Part shown: in pieces, positions 54,478 to 64,000 of the stretch
Layout of the letters: the number at the start of each line of letters is the position of its first letter
Numbering within the stretch: position 1 is the first letter of the stretch
Origin: an uncultured Planctomycetaceae bacterium
Lineage (GTDB): Bacteria; Planctomycetota; Planctomycetia; Planctomycetales; Planctomycetaceae
Length of the DNA stretch: 64,000 nucleotides
Direction: 5' to 3'
Assembly (NCBI GenBank): GCA_963813715.1
Contig: CAWFAK010000005.1
Coordinates: forward strand, 320,001-384,000
Translations under genes and position numbers: made by a program
Notes under the pieces: model-generated
What the model was told of the DNA's origin: nothing
Database searches by the model: none
Seen by the model: only the letters and a program-made list of their open reading frames with translations

Positions 54478-55966
54478 ATGAAATCGCACGACAAACTCCT
54501 GCAGGAAGCTCGGCTGGCGCGCGTGCAATTGCAGACGCGCCGGCACTTCCTGCGGCAGTCGCAGATCGGCCTGGGAGCGCTCGCCCTGTCGAGCCTGCTG
54601 GGCAACGCAGCGACCGGCGCGTGCGTCCGCCTCGGGCGCGACCGACAATGCCCTGGCGCTGCGCCCGCCCGTGAGAGCGGCCAAGGCGCGGGCCGTTATC
54701 TATCTGCACATGTCGGGTTCGCCGCCGCAGCAGGACCTCTTCGACTACAAACCCAAGCTCGTTCAGTACAACATGCAGCCCTGCCCGGACGAGCTGATGA
54801 AGGGGCAGCGGTTCCCGTTCATCAAGGGACATCCGAACCTGCTGGGGACGCCCTACCATTTTCGGCCGTACGGCCAGTGTGGCACGGTGATGAGCGAGCT
54901 GTTGCCCCACATCGCCGGCCAGGTCGACGACATCGCCCTCATCCGTTCGATGTGGACCGATCAGTTCAACCACGCGCCGGCCGAGTTGCTGTTGCATACC
55001 GGTTCGCCGCGGTTCGGCAGTGCGTCGATGGGCTCGTGGGTGACCTACGGACTCGGATCCGAGAACCAGGACCTGCCGGGCTTCGTGGTGCTGGTCAGTG
55101 GCGACAGCGATCCGAGCGCGGGCAAGAGCGTGTGGGGCAGCGGATTCTTGCCGTCGGTGTTTCAGGGCGTGCAGTGCCGTACCGCAGGCGAACCGATCCT
55201 GTATGTCAGCGATCCGCCCGGGATGACGCGTGACGTCCGCCGCCGCAGTCTCGACGCACTCGGCAAGCTCAACCGGCTCGAGCTGGCCGAGTTCGGCGAT
55301 CCGGAAACGCTCACGCGAATCAGCCAGTATGAGCTGGCCTACCGCATGCAGATCTCCGTTCCCAACGTGATGGACATCTCCCGCGAGCCGGCCCACGTCC
55401 ACGAAGCCTACGGCACGAAGCCGGGCGTCACCGCCTTCGCCAACAATTGTTTGCTCGCCCGGCGACTCGTCGAGCGGGGTGTGCGCTACGTGCAGCTCTT
55501 CGATTGGGGCTGGGACATGCACGGCACGGCCCGCGACAACGACCTGATCACCGGGCTGCCCAAGAAGTGCGGCGAAGTCGATCGGCCGATCGCCGCGCTG
55601 TTGCGGGATCTCAAATCGAGCGGCCTGTTGGATGAGACGATCGTGATCTGGAGCGGCGAGTTCGGCCGCACGTCGATGAACGAAGCTCGCGGCGGCTCGA
55701 AGCTCTTGGGCCGCGACCATCATCCGCACTGCTTCTCGATGTGGCTGGCCGGCGGCGGCGTCAAAGGAGGCACGGCGCTCGGGGAGACCGACGACCTGGG
55801 CTACTTCATCGTGAAGGACAAGGTCACCGTCCATGATCTGCAGGCCACCGTGCTGCGTCTGTTGGGTCTCGACGCTCATCACCTGACGTTCCCGTTCCAG
55901 GGCCTCGACCAGCGGCTGATCGGTCCGACGAACGAAGCTAAGATCATCCAGCCGATCCTGAGCTAG
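54478..55966 (+). CDS. DUF1501 protein, Tat-exported; apparent frameshift at ~54625
   Basis: [48 protein letters not shown]. Confidence 0.92.
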
Positions 55967-56079
55967 CTGGTCGGTGGCTCCGGCAATTTGACATCGTCCT
56001 TCGTCAGCGGGTACGATCCGCGCCTGTCCTCTGCAGCTGCTCGGCCGACGCAATCGATCCATTTCAAGGAGGCAAATCG

Positions 56080-56697
56080 ATGAGGCGGTCCATCCCGCTA
56101 GCTTTGGTCGCGGCAATCAGCACCTCGACGGGCGCGTGGCTCTGTGCTCAGACGCCGACCAATGCGCCCCTTGATGCCCAACTCAGCACCCCCTTTGATG
56201 CGCCAGCTGATGTCAAAACGCCCGTCCCGGAAGGCGCAAAGGCAACGGGAGGACCAGCCGCCAAACCGGCGGAACTCGCGTCGAGCCCGCCGCTCGCCAC
56301 CGCGAAGGTCGAGGCGATCAATCTACGCAATCAGTTCATCGAGCTGTCGAAGAAAAAGGCGCTCTTGATGAAGGAGCCGGAGCTCAAGCGCGAAATTCAA
56401 TTGCTGGAGCGACAGATCCCGGAACTCGAAGCCTGGGCCAAGGCCGATGAAGCTGCCCGACTGTTGCACGAGGTGATCGAAAGACACCCCAACACCCAAG
56501 CCGCCAAATCGGCGCAGGAGGCCATCCAACTGATCGAGCGACGCCCCATTCCCGAACGGGACGACCTCTTTAGCCCACGCGGAGACATTCGGCACGCCCT
56601 TCCGCCGACCGACAGGCCATACGATCGCGGACCCTCGCGGCACGACGATCCTGCTCCGCTAAAACCCATACCGGAAAGGGATAGTTTCTCGTCCTAA
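56080..56697 (+). CDS. Hypothetical secreted protein with coiled-coil/helical core
   Basis: AAGGAGG RBS; signal peptide; helical core ending HPNTQAAKSA; disordered termini. Confidence 0.7.
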   Translation: MRRSIPLALVAAISTSTGAWLCAQTPTNAPLDAQLSTPFDAPADVKTPVPEGAKATGGPAAKPAELASSPPLATAKVEAINLRNQFIELSKKKALLMKEPELKREIQLLERQIPELEAWAKADEAARLLHEVIERHPNTQAAKSAQEAIQLIERRPIPERDDLFSPRGDIRHALPPTDRPYDRGPSRHDDPAPLKPIPERDSFSS

Positions 56698-56722
56698 CTC
56701 GCCTGTCACCGAAACCACCGGC

Positions 56723-58015
56723 TTAAACCACCCGGGCGACCACGAGAGTCCGGTCATCACGGGGCGCGGCTCCGTCCGTGTGCGATTCGACGTGCTTGAG
56801 CACGCGATCGACGATCTCGGCTGGCTCCGCTCCGCAGGCAGCGAGCGCCTTGTCCAAGCGATCGGTGCCAAAGAGTTCGCCGGTGGGGCTGGCGGCTTCG
56901 GTGATGCCGTCGGTGTAGAAGACGATCTGGTCGCCGGGCTGGAGTTGCTCGGTGTGTGAGACGAATCCCGGGTCTTCAAGCACGCCGAGCGGAACTTGCT
57001 GGGCTCCGTCGAGGGCCAGCACCGTCTGATCGCCGCAACGTCGCATCCGCGGCGGGTTGTGGCCGGCCGACGAGTAGGTCAGCCGTCGCGTCTTTGGATC
57101 GTAGATGCCGTAAAACGCCGTCACGAACGTGCCGTTGACGCCCACGTAGTGGTCCAGCAGCTTGCGGTTGAGAAACGAAAGCAACTGGCTCGGCGGCGCC
57201 GGATCGTTCGGATAGTTGTGCACGATGCTGTGCATCACGGCCATCATCACGGCGGCCGGCGTCCCGTGTCCGCTGACGTCGGCAATCAGGATGCCCAACA
57301 GGCCCTGCCCAAGCGGGATGAAATCGTAATAGTCGCCGCCAGCTCGCCGCGCGGTCTCGTAGTTGGCCGCCAGGTGCAGCGACGGAATGTCGGGCAGCTT
57401 GGCCGGCAGCAGCGAGCGTTGAATGGCAGCAACCGCTTTCATTTCGCGGTCGATTTCTTCGTAGGCGGTTTTGACCTTGTCGGCCAGCACCAGCGAGTTG
57501 GTGGCCCGGCCGAACAGGTTTGCCGTCCAAACGTGCTCGGGCAGCAGCTCGGGATCGAATGTGCCCGACTCGCGGCGGAGATGGACGACCATGTTGAGGG
57601 CCACGCCCTGATCCAACAGCGGAATGGCGACCAGCGACGAAAACCCCTCGAGGTAGCGGGCTGCCGGATCGTCCGGTGAGACGGAAAAATCCTCGATGAT
57701 CCGCGGCTCGTCGCCGTAAATCAGCTCGCCCAAGATACCGCCGTTGATGATCGGCAGCTTGTCCGGCTCCTTCCAGGGATTGACCGTTTCTTCCCAGGCG
57801 GTCGAGCGGGTGATCTTCACCTGGGGCGGCCGCAAGTCGCGGCGGCTCAGCGAGATCGACCGATCGATCCGCCGGAACCGCTTCATCCGGGCCGCATATT
57901 GCTGCACCATCAATTGCGGATCGGTCTGCTTGCTCATCTCGCGCATCATTTCCATGACGGCGCTGAGCCGCTCTTCCCAGTTCAAATCGGGCGCCGCCAG
58001 GTTTTCGACTCGCAT
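56723..58015 (-). CDS. GAF + SpoIIE/PP2C (RsbU-like) phosphatase
   Basis: IQRSLLP, GGDYYD, IADVSGHG, SAGHNPP, YTDGITEA, DDRTLVV; N-terminal GAF (SLVAIPL). Confidence 0.9.
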   Translation of the reverse strand: MRVENLAAPDLNWEERLSAVMEMMREMSKQTDPQLMVQQYAARMKRFRRIDRSISLSRRDLRPPQVKITRSTAWEETVNPWKEPDKLPIINGGILGELIYGDEPRIIEDFSVSPDDPAARYLEGFSSLVAIPLLDQGVALNMVVHLRRESGTFDPELLPEHVWTANLFGRATNSLVLADKVKTAYEEIDREMKAVAAIQRSLLPAKLPDIPSLHLAANYETARRAGGDYYDFIPLGQGLLGILIADVSGHGTPAAVMMAVMHSIVHNYPNDPAPPSQLLSFLNRKLLDHYVGVNGTFVTAFYGIYDPKTRRLTYSSAGHNPPRMRRCGDQTVLALDGAQQVPLGVLEDPGFVSHTEQLQPGDQIVFYTDGITEAASPTGELFGTDRLDKALAACGAEPAEIVDRVLKHVESHTDGAAPRDDRTLVVARVV

Positions 58016-58119
58016 CGGACTCTCCGCGAGAGCTTGGATGACTGATGATCGACCGTCAGTTATCAGCTACCAGTTTGCCAATGGACAGCGGCTTACCGCC
58101 AGTGTCGCCAATGTTTCGC

Positions 58120-59199
58120 TCAGGATTCGGTGTAACGCGGGGACACCGCGATTCTTTCCATCCGTTCGTTGCGAATGATGGTGAGTTCCAGCGCCGCGGT
58201 TGCGGCACTTGGTTCCGTCGCCGGACTTGCTTGGCCGCTCGACGCCAGCCGGCCCGATAGTACGCGGTGCAAATCGTCGACGTCGGCGATGATCCGGTCG
58301 TTGGCCGCCACGATCACGTCGTGCGCCCGCAGCCCGGCCAGGTCGGACGGTCCCTTGGGCAGCACTTCGATGACTTCGACGGCCGTGTCGGACAGCAAGT
58401 CGTGTTCGCGAACGAGCCGCCGGGCCAATTGGGCCGCCGTCACCGTAATTCCGAGCGACAGGCGTCGCACGCGGCCGTGTGCGGCTAATTCCCCCACGAT
58501 CCACGCGGCCGTGCTCGACGGGATGGCAAAGCCCAGCCCCTGGGCCATGGCGATCACGGCGGTGTTGATGCCCACGACGCGACCGCGGGAATCGACCAGC
58601 GGACCGCCCGAGTTGCCGGGGTTGAGCGGAGCCGTGTGCTGCACGACGTTTTCGATCAGTCGGCCGAATTCGCTCCGCATGGCCCGTCCCAGGGCGCTCA
58701 CCACGCCAGTCGAGACGGTCGAGCGAAATCCGAACGGGTTGCCCATGGCGATCACCAGCTGGCCGACCTGCAGGGCCTGCGAATCGCCGAAAGTCGCGTA
58801 GGGCAAATCGCGGGCGGCCAGCCGCAACAGCGCCAGATCGGTCGACGGATCGTCCCCGACGAGGTCGGCCGCGATTTTGTCCCCCTCTTCAGTCGTGGCT
58901 GTGAATGAATCGCGTCCGTGGACGACGTGGCTGTTGGTGACGGCGTAGCCGTCCGGCGTGACGAGAAAGCCCGAGCCCATTCCGCCCCGCTGATCGCCGC
59001 GGGCCGCGACGGCGATCACCGCCGGCCCCGCGTTCTGGGCCACGTTGATGACCGCTTGCGAATAGGCGTCGAGCAAATCGGCGTCGCGCGTGGCTTCGGC
59101 TGGCGACGAGACTTTCGTCGGCGGCGGATTTTGACCCGAGTCGCTGCCCGCCGTCTCACCCGACGTGGCAAGCAGCGAGAAGATTCGATTGTGCGTCAC
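58120..59199 (-). CDS. HtrA/S1C trypsin-like serine protease with PDZ domain
   Basis: GSGF, TNSHVV, DLALL, LNPGNSGGPL, PDZ segment GPSDLAGLRAHDVI; GTG start with AGGAAAGGAA upstream. Confidence 0.9.
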   Translation of the reverse strand: MTHNRIFSLLATSGETAGSDSGQNPPPTKVSSPAEATRDADLLDAYSQAVINVAQNAGPAVIAVAARGDQRGGMGSGFLVTPDGYAVTNSHVVHGRDSFTATTEEGDKIAADLVGDDPSTDLALLRLAARDLPYATFGDSQALQVGQLVIAMGNPFGFRSTVSTGVVSALGRAMRSEFGRLIENVVQHTAPLNPGNSGGPLVDSRGRVVGINTAVIAMAQGLGFAIPSSTAAWIVGELAAHGRVRRLSLGITVTAAQLARRLVREHDLLSDTAVEVIEVLPKGPSDLAGLRAHDVIVAANDRIIADVDDLHRVLSGRLASSGQASPATEPSAATAALELTIIRNERMERIAVSPRYTES

Positions 59200-59560
59200 G
59201 GCAAGTTCCTTTCCTCGCATCGGCGAATGTCGGCGGAATTGTAGGCGCGACACACAAACCGTTAACGAGGATCAGACGCACAGTGGCGGCCGTCGGCGAG
59301 CCCGAGCGCAAGTTTCTGCGCAGTCCCCAGTTGCATCCATGTATCAACGCCAACGTGCCGCGGCCGGCGAAACGGGCCAACTGGACACTCCTTGGACTGT
59401 GCGCCGGGCCGTTCTGGCCGCAGACGGGAGTGGCCGGGACTCAGTCCCGGACTGAACAAATGCCGGCTATAATGCCGCCATCCGTCCGTTCGCCCGGCCC
59501 CCTTTCGGCTGGCCCCGTTCTGCCTCAAACGACGCCCTGCCACAACCCGAGGAGCAAGCG

Positions 59561-60130
59561 ATGAAGAAGGCCCTGGCCCTGCTGTCGGCGTTCGCGTGCG
59601 TGACGGCGTTTGCCGTCGTCGCCCGCGCCGGCGAAACAAAGTCCGAGCACAAAGCCGTCACCAATCCCGAAACGGTCGTTTACGACGCGGAATCGGCGTT
59701 CGAGTTTCTCAAGTCGCTGACCGGCACCTGGCAGCGGACGGGCGGCAGTCACGACTATGGCACCAAGTCGCCCCAGAGCACGTTCCGCGTCTCGGGCGCG
59801 GGCAGCTCGATCGTCGAAACGATCTTCCCGAACGATCCGAGCGAGATGATCAGCGTTTATCACATGGACGGCAACGACCTGTTGCTCACCCACTATTGCG
59901 CGCTGCACAACGCCCCGGTGATGAAGTTCCAGAAGACGAACACGCCCGGCGAAATCAAGTTCGTCTTCAAGGGGGGCACCAACTTCGACCCCAAGGTCGA
60001 CATGCACGTGCACGAGGGCTACTTCAAGGTCTCCAACGATAAAACCATCCGGGCCACCTTCGTGGTTTACAACGACGGCAAGCCGGGACAGGCGATGACC
60101 GCCACACTGACCCGCAAGGACGCCAAGTAG
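59561..60130 (+). CDS. Hypothetical secreted protein (THYC motif)
   Basis: GAGGAG RBS; signal peptide; LKSLTGTW, LLLTHYCALHNAP, HVH; strong GC3 codon bias. Confidence 0.8.
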   Translation: MKKALALLSAFACVTAFAVVARAGETKSEHKAVTNPETVVYDAESAFEFLKSLTGTWQRTGGSHDYGTKSPQSTFRVSGAGSSIVETIFPNDPSEMISVYHMDGNDLLLTHYCALHNAPVMKFQKTNTPGEIKFVFKGGTNFDPKVDMHVHEGYFKVSNDKTIRATFVVYNDGKPGQAMTATLTRKDAK

Positions 60131-60230
60131 GGCGGCCTCGGCCCGAGGCGCACGCAGCGAATCTTCAAACGAGCCAAGTCGTGACGCCGTCTGTTTGCTG
60201 CCGTCGTCCGTTGGTTGCTGTCGCCGCTGA

Positions 60231-61661
60231 TTAGAACCGCACTTCCATTCCCAGGTTGAGGCCCTGCGCCCAGAAGGTCGACTGGTTGGCGGTGTAGGAC
60301 GGCCGGGACGGATCGATGGCCGGGGCGGTGATCGGCGGATTGGCCTGCTGCACGAGGGCCGTGCGGAACAGGTTCTGGCCGCCATCGATCTGATTGCCCG
60401 GGCGGGCCACGTCGCTGATGTAGAGGAAGTCGTAGCCGACCAGGATGCGGGCCCACGTGTTGATCGCGTAGCCGACCGTCAGGTCGACTTCCGGCAACAC
60501 GGCAAAGTGATCCGAGCTGAAGCCGCCCAAGTTGCTCGTCTGGGTGAACGCGCCGCCGGCATAGTTGACCGGCGCCGCGGCGATCGGGTTGGCCAGGTTA
60601 GTTTGCGTTCCGCCGTTGATGTCGGTGCGTTCCACCGTGTCACCCAGCGCGAGCTTGAAGTCGGCCCGATAGTAGAACCCGCCGCGCCAGCCGCCGTGGC
60701 CGTCGTCCGGAGAAGTCTCGAAGCGGATGCCGAGCAAACCGCCGTAGAAGTTGTTGCTCGAGCTGAAGGTGTCGAACGTGTTGAACACCACGTTGGACTG
60801 CGACTGGGCCGTCGTCTGGTTGGCCGACGTGTAGTCCAGGTCCTCATAGAGAGAGAACCAGCGGAAGCCGAACATCGCGTCGACGCGGAAGTGATTGGCT
60901 TGCGTCAGGTTGAACAGCCCGTAGCTGTCGGCCCCCTGCGTGCGGCTCACCATGTTGAGCGAGTCGTGCGTAATGATGTTCCCATTCAATCCGCCCGGCA
61001 CCGCGAACAGCGTGGCGAGCGCGGGCAACATGGCGGCCGGTCCCGGCGTGCCGCCGTGGAAGGCCCCCGTCACGTCGAAGAACGGAGTCTGCAAGGTCGG
61101 TGCGGCGGCTCCGCCCAGCGTAAGTGCAGTCTGCGTTTCGCTGGCCGTCCCCAGGTAGAAGTAAGTGCCTTCCATCCCGACGGTGTGCCCTTCGTCGAAC
61201 CAGAAGCCGACCGTGCCTTTGACGCCTTGTCGCGTTCCCAGGTCGACGTCGTTGCCGCCGATGGCGACCGACGTGCCGGCTCCGCCAATGGCACCGGGCA
61301 TCGGGGTGCCGCCGGTCGGAGTGCCCGGGGCGACGCTGGTCGCCAGCGGGGTCGTCTCCGGGCTGGACTTCGTCCACCAGAGCAAGTACTCGGCCCGCGC
61401 CCACACGCGATCGCAATCGCTCGGCGCGCAGTTGTTGCAGCTGCCGTCGAGCGAATAGCCCTGGCCCGGCGGCGCGCTGTACACGGGGCCGGACATTGGT
61501 CCCATGATCGGTTGTTCCAAGGAGACGGGGCCGGTCGTGACGGTGGGGGGAGCCGGCGCTGCGGGTCCCATCACCGGCATTTGGTTGAGCGGCACTTGGG
61601 CCAGCGCCGAGCTAGCGCCAGCGAAGACAATGGCAACGGAGGCGAGCAATCCTTTGCTCAT
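60231..61661 (-). CDS. BBP7-type (DUF1551-like) outer-membrane beta-barrel protein
   Basis: Signal peptide; WARAEYLLWW, GYDFLYISDVARPGNQID, FWAQGLNLGMEVRF with terminal Phe. Confidence 0.85.
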   Translation of the reverse strand: MSKGLLASVAIVFAGASSALAQVPLNQMPVMGPAAPAPPTVTTGPVSLEQPIMGPMSGPVYSAPPGQGYSLDGSCNNCAPSDCDRVWARAEYLLWWTKSSPETTPLATSVAPGTPTGGTPMPGAIGGAGTSVAIGGNDVDLGTRQGVKGTVGFWFDEGHTVGMEGTYFYLGTASETQTALTLGGAAAPTLQTPFFDVTGAFHGGTPGPAAMLPALATLFAVPGGLNGNIITHDSLNMVSRTQGADSYGLFNLTQANHFRVDAMFGFRWFSLYEDLDYTSANQTTAQSQSNVVFNTFDTFSSSNNFYGGLLGIRFETSPDDGHGGWRGGFYYRADFKLALGDTVERTDINGGTQTNLANPIAAAPVNYAGGAFTQTSNLGGFSSDHFAVLPEVDLTVGYAINTWARILVGYDFLYISDVARPGNQIDGGQNLFRTALVQQANPPITAPAIDPSRPSYTANQSTFWAQGLNLGMEVRF

Positions 61662-62121
61662 CGGCCTTCCCTTCAATTCCTGATTTTGTTGGCCCGTCCG
61701 GTCTCGAAGCTGCGTCGACTGGTCCCCGCGACGAAAACTCGGCCGGCCGAACCGGCCCCGGCGGCTTCAACGCGTCCTTGCGTTCCGCCGCCGCCATCTT
61801 TCCGCATCGCGGCCCAACGACGTCCCGTTTGGCAGATGTCAGCCATCGGGTTCTATCGACGTGCCCTAGGCCGGGCAGTGAAAGCAACTTAAGTCAGTTG
61901 TTAAACTCTCCTAGATTACGCGGTTTGACGGCCTGTAAGGAAATTGTCGAATCTGCGGCAAACCCCGAAGTGAACGGAATTTCTGACTTTACGCGACGTA
62001 AGGCCTCGAAGCGTCGGCCGGTTGAACCCCTCCTTCGCGCTGTAAGTTGAGCATCGCGCTTCCTCTTTTGACCGACAACCCAGAGATCTCGCCCCCCGAG
62101 ATTATCCACAGAGATCCCACC

Positions 62122-62934
62122 ATGAAGTCTTTCCGCATTGCCTCGCTGTGCGTTGCGCTGGCTACGCTCTGCCTGTCCGCCGTTGCCCGCGCCGCCGATG
62201 AACCGGCGAAGCCGTTGCGGGCGCTGCTCGTGCTGGGCGGCTGCTGCCACGACTACGCACATCAAAAGGACATTCTCACCAAGGGCATCGGCGAGCGGGC
62301 CCGCGTCGAGTTCGTCGTGGCCTACGATCCCAGCACGACGACCACGCATCTCAATCCGGTCTACGAAAATCCGGACTGGGCCTCCGGCTTCGACGTCGTG
62401 ATCCACGACGAGTGCACGTCCGACGTGAAAGACCTGGCGATGATCGACCGCATCCTGGCGCCGCATCGCCACGGACTGCCGGGCGTCGTCCTGCATTGCG
62501 GCATGCACTGCTACCGCAGCGAAGGCTGGCCCAAGGCGATCATTCCCTGGTTCGAATTCACCGGCCTGCAGACGACCGCGCACGCTGCCCAAGAGCCGAT
62601 CGCCATCACCTTCCTCCCCGGCGACAGTCCCATCACGCACGGGCTGGCAAACTGGACCACGATTCACGAGGAACTCTACAACAACTACGCCGGCAAACTG
62701 CTCGACACGGCCACGCCGCTGGCCCGCGGCAAGCAAACGGTCCGCGACCGCCGGCAGCGAAAAATCACCTCCGACAACGTCGTCGTCTGGACCAACAACT
62801 ATCACGGCACCAAAGTCTTCGCGACGACGCTGGGCCACAACAACGAAACCGTCTCCGACCCCCGCTACCTCGACCTGGTCACCCGCGGCCTCCTCTGGTC
62901 CTGCGGCAAGTTGAACCCGCAGTATCTGAAGTGA
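62122..62934 (+). CDS. ThuA-like (trehalose utilisation) domain protein, secreted
   Basis: ALLVLGGCCHDY, FDVVIHDEC, VVLHCGMH, EELY, VFATTLGHNNET, TRGLLW. Confidence 0.85.
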   Translation: MKSFRIASLCVALATLCLSAVARAADEPAKPLRALLVLGGCCHDYAHQKDILTKGIGERARVEFVVAYDPSTTTTHLNPVYENPDWASGFDVVIHDECTSDVKDLAMIDRILAPHRHGLPGVVLHCGMHCYRSEGWPKAIIPWFEFTGLQTTAHAAQEPIAITFLPGDSPITHGLANWTTIHEELYNNYAGKLLDTATPLARGKQTVRDRRQRKITSDNVVVWTNNYHGTKVFATTLGHNNETVSDPRYLDLVTRGLLWSCGKLNPQYLK

Positions 62935-62937
62935 GCG

Positions 62938-63405
62938 CGTCCGGACCGGATCGGGGACCGGACCAGAGTTCACGACAAAAGACACGAAGGGATGACCCAC
63001 AAAGGGGGGGGCCGCGCCGGTCTCCGTGCAATCTCGTCAAAATCAAAGTGTCCGGACCGGATTCAGGTTTCGTCGTAACTTTCATCTCACGGTGTGCTTA
63101 ACCCCGGTCTCTTTTGCTCTCGTAGAAATGGATCAGACGGGACCGGACCGGATTTTTCACCACAAAGACACCAAGGCACAAAGGAAGAACCACAAAGAGC
63201 ACTTTGCTGCTCCCAAACTCTTGCTTCTCTTCTTTGTGGCTTCGTGTCTTTGTTGTGAAAGAAATCTCCCTGCCCGTCGCGGTCTGCTTGGTCCCCTTTC
63301 AGTTGAGAGTGTCCGGACCGGATTCAGGTTTCGTCGTAAATCTTGTGTCGCAGTTTGCTTAACTCCGGTCTCATTTGTTCAATCGAAAACAGACCGGACC
63401 GGATT
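62938..63405. repeat. Composite intergenic repeat array: two ~100-bp direct repeats flanking a long hairpin, plus a degenerate partial copy
   Basis: Identical 32-mer AGTGTCCGGACCGGATTCAGGTTTCGTCGTAA at 63047 and 63308; 29-bp inverted arms 63155-63183 / 63232-63260 (26/29). Confidence 0.85.
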
Positions 63406-64000
63406 CATCTTTCCGGGTCTCTGTCCGGAGGGCGCCAATCGCGCGTGAGTTGCTCGAGCTCGCGCAGCACCTGTTTGGCTTTGCGGTGCGCTGCTGACGC
63501 CAATTGGCCGTTTCTTTCCCCGCGCTGCGGTCGGACAAAAAAGCCCACTCCGGGTTGGGCCGCGTGTGGTTGGCTCGCGCCTCGAGCCAGGCGGTCGCAA
63601 ACTCCTGATAAGTCGGTGCGATTCCCTGGCTCCAGAATTCCCGCGCCAGGATCCGCGCCAGCGCCCCGTGGCGGAACTTGCCTCCAGTGAGGCTCGACAG
63701 CAACTCGACCAGGGCCGTCCGCCGGGGATCGTCCTGCGGGTAATAGAGCCGATCGGTTGCGTTGAGCTTCTTCGCCGGCAACTCAAGGCAGACCACGCGA
63801 GCGGGAAAACAAGTCGCCCCAGGCACATTCCCCGTCTGCAGAAACCGGCGGATCCGCTCGAGAATCACGCCTTTCCGATCATCCTCGCGCGTCTTCTGTC
63901 GCCCTCCGTCCGGCGTCTCGATCCAGATCGAATAAGGAATGCCCTGCGCCCGACAAAAAGCCTTGATCTCTCCCAAGTTGAGATAGTTCAGGTCGGGCAG
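63405..64000 (-). CDS. Hypothetical protein, 5' end outside window; probable frameshift at ~63480, stop uncertain
   Basis: Open frame LNYLNLGEIKAFCRAQGIP...RKGVILERIRRFLQTG...PTYQEFATAW; the alternative frame gives a helical end AKQVLRELEQL. Confidence 0.6.

Noticed and set aside
33121..54684. Long antisense ORFs (e.g. 33121-35472, 49473-51401, 51901-54684)
   Set aside because: Shadow frames of high-GC3 genes; no recognisable protein features
58037..58080. Short heptamer-like repeats (TCAGTTA TCAGCTA CCAGTTT)
   Set aside because: Too short and degenerate to interpret
61950..62030. c-di-GMP-I riboswitch suggested by GGCAAACC
   Set aside because: GAAA tetraloop stem and the following GACGCAAAGC segment are missing
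62102..62110. Perfect DnaA box TTATCCACA
   Set aside because: Single copy with no box cluster, AT-rich unwinding element or dnaA/dnaN nearby; not evidence of oriC
63047..63339. CRISPR array from the identical 32-bp repeats
   Set aside because: Only two copies 261 bp apart, similarity extends beyond the repeat, and no cas genes
2312..63500. Many split genes read as pseudogenes or programmed frameshifts
   Set aside because: Indels hit conserved housekeeping genes (murA, ettA, uvrA, bamD). Those inspected are mostly 1-2 nt changes in short homopolymer or dinucleotide runs, with intact motifs on both sides and no slippery heptamers. This fits long-read consensus error; read polishing would confirm.

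Overview
High-GC bacterial chromosomal segment, almost certainly Planctomycetota. The evidence is three DUF1549/DUF1553 + DUF1501 gene pairs, a planctomycete cytochrome-c domain, a BBP7-type beta-barrel, a fused double UvrA, the recO-bamD-lptE cluster and a HisA-related C1-pathway gene. About 42 protein genes can be supported, mostly housekeeping or lineage-typical: rne/rng, POT transporter + S46 peptidase, Lhr, EttA, PrpB, MurA, ThiF/MoeB, UvrA, RecO, BamD, LptE, PPIase, AlaC-like aminotransferase, HtrA and a SpoIIE phosphatase. At least 16 genes, including conserved housekeeping ones, are split by 1-2 nt indels, mostly in short homopolymer or dinucleotide runs. I read these as long-read assembly errors and give reconstructed coordinates. 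I found no rRNA, tRNA, CRISPR array, transposase or integrase. No single clear-cut new system stands out. The best leads are: (i) a ~1.1 kb non-coding island (30275-31371) with an iteron-like GGGAC/GTCCC cluster, stacked hairpins (one resembling the 5' end of IscB omega/HEARO RNA) and a nested REP-like element; (ii) a ~2300-aa UvrA-UvrA fusion ending in an uncharacterised tandem domain; (iii) three heme-motif DUF1553/Tat-DUF1501 modules; (iv) a dipeptidyl-peptidase/POT uptake pair; (v) a KimA/KUP-like K+ transporter-USP fusion; (vi) a fungal-type cystathionine gamma-synthase.
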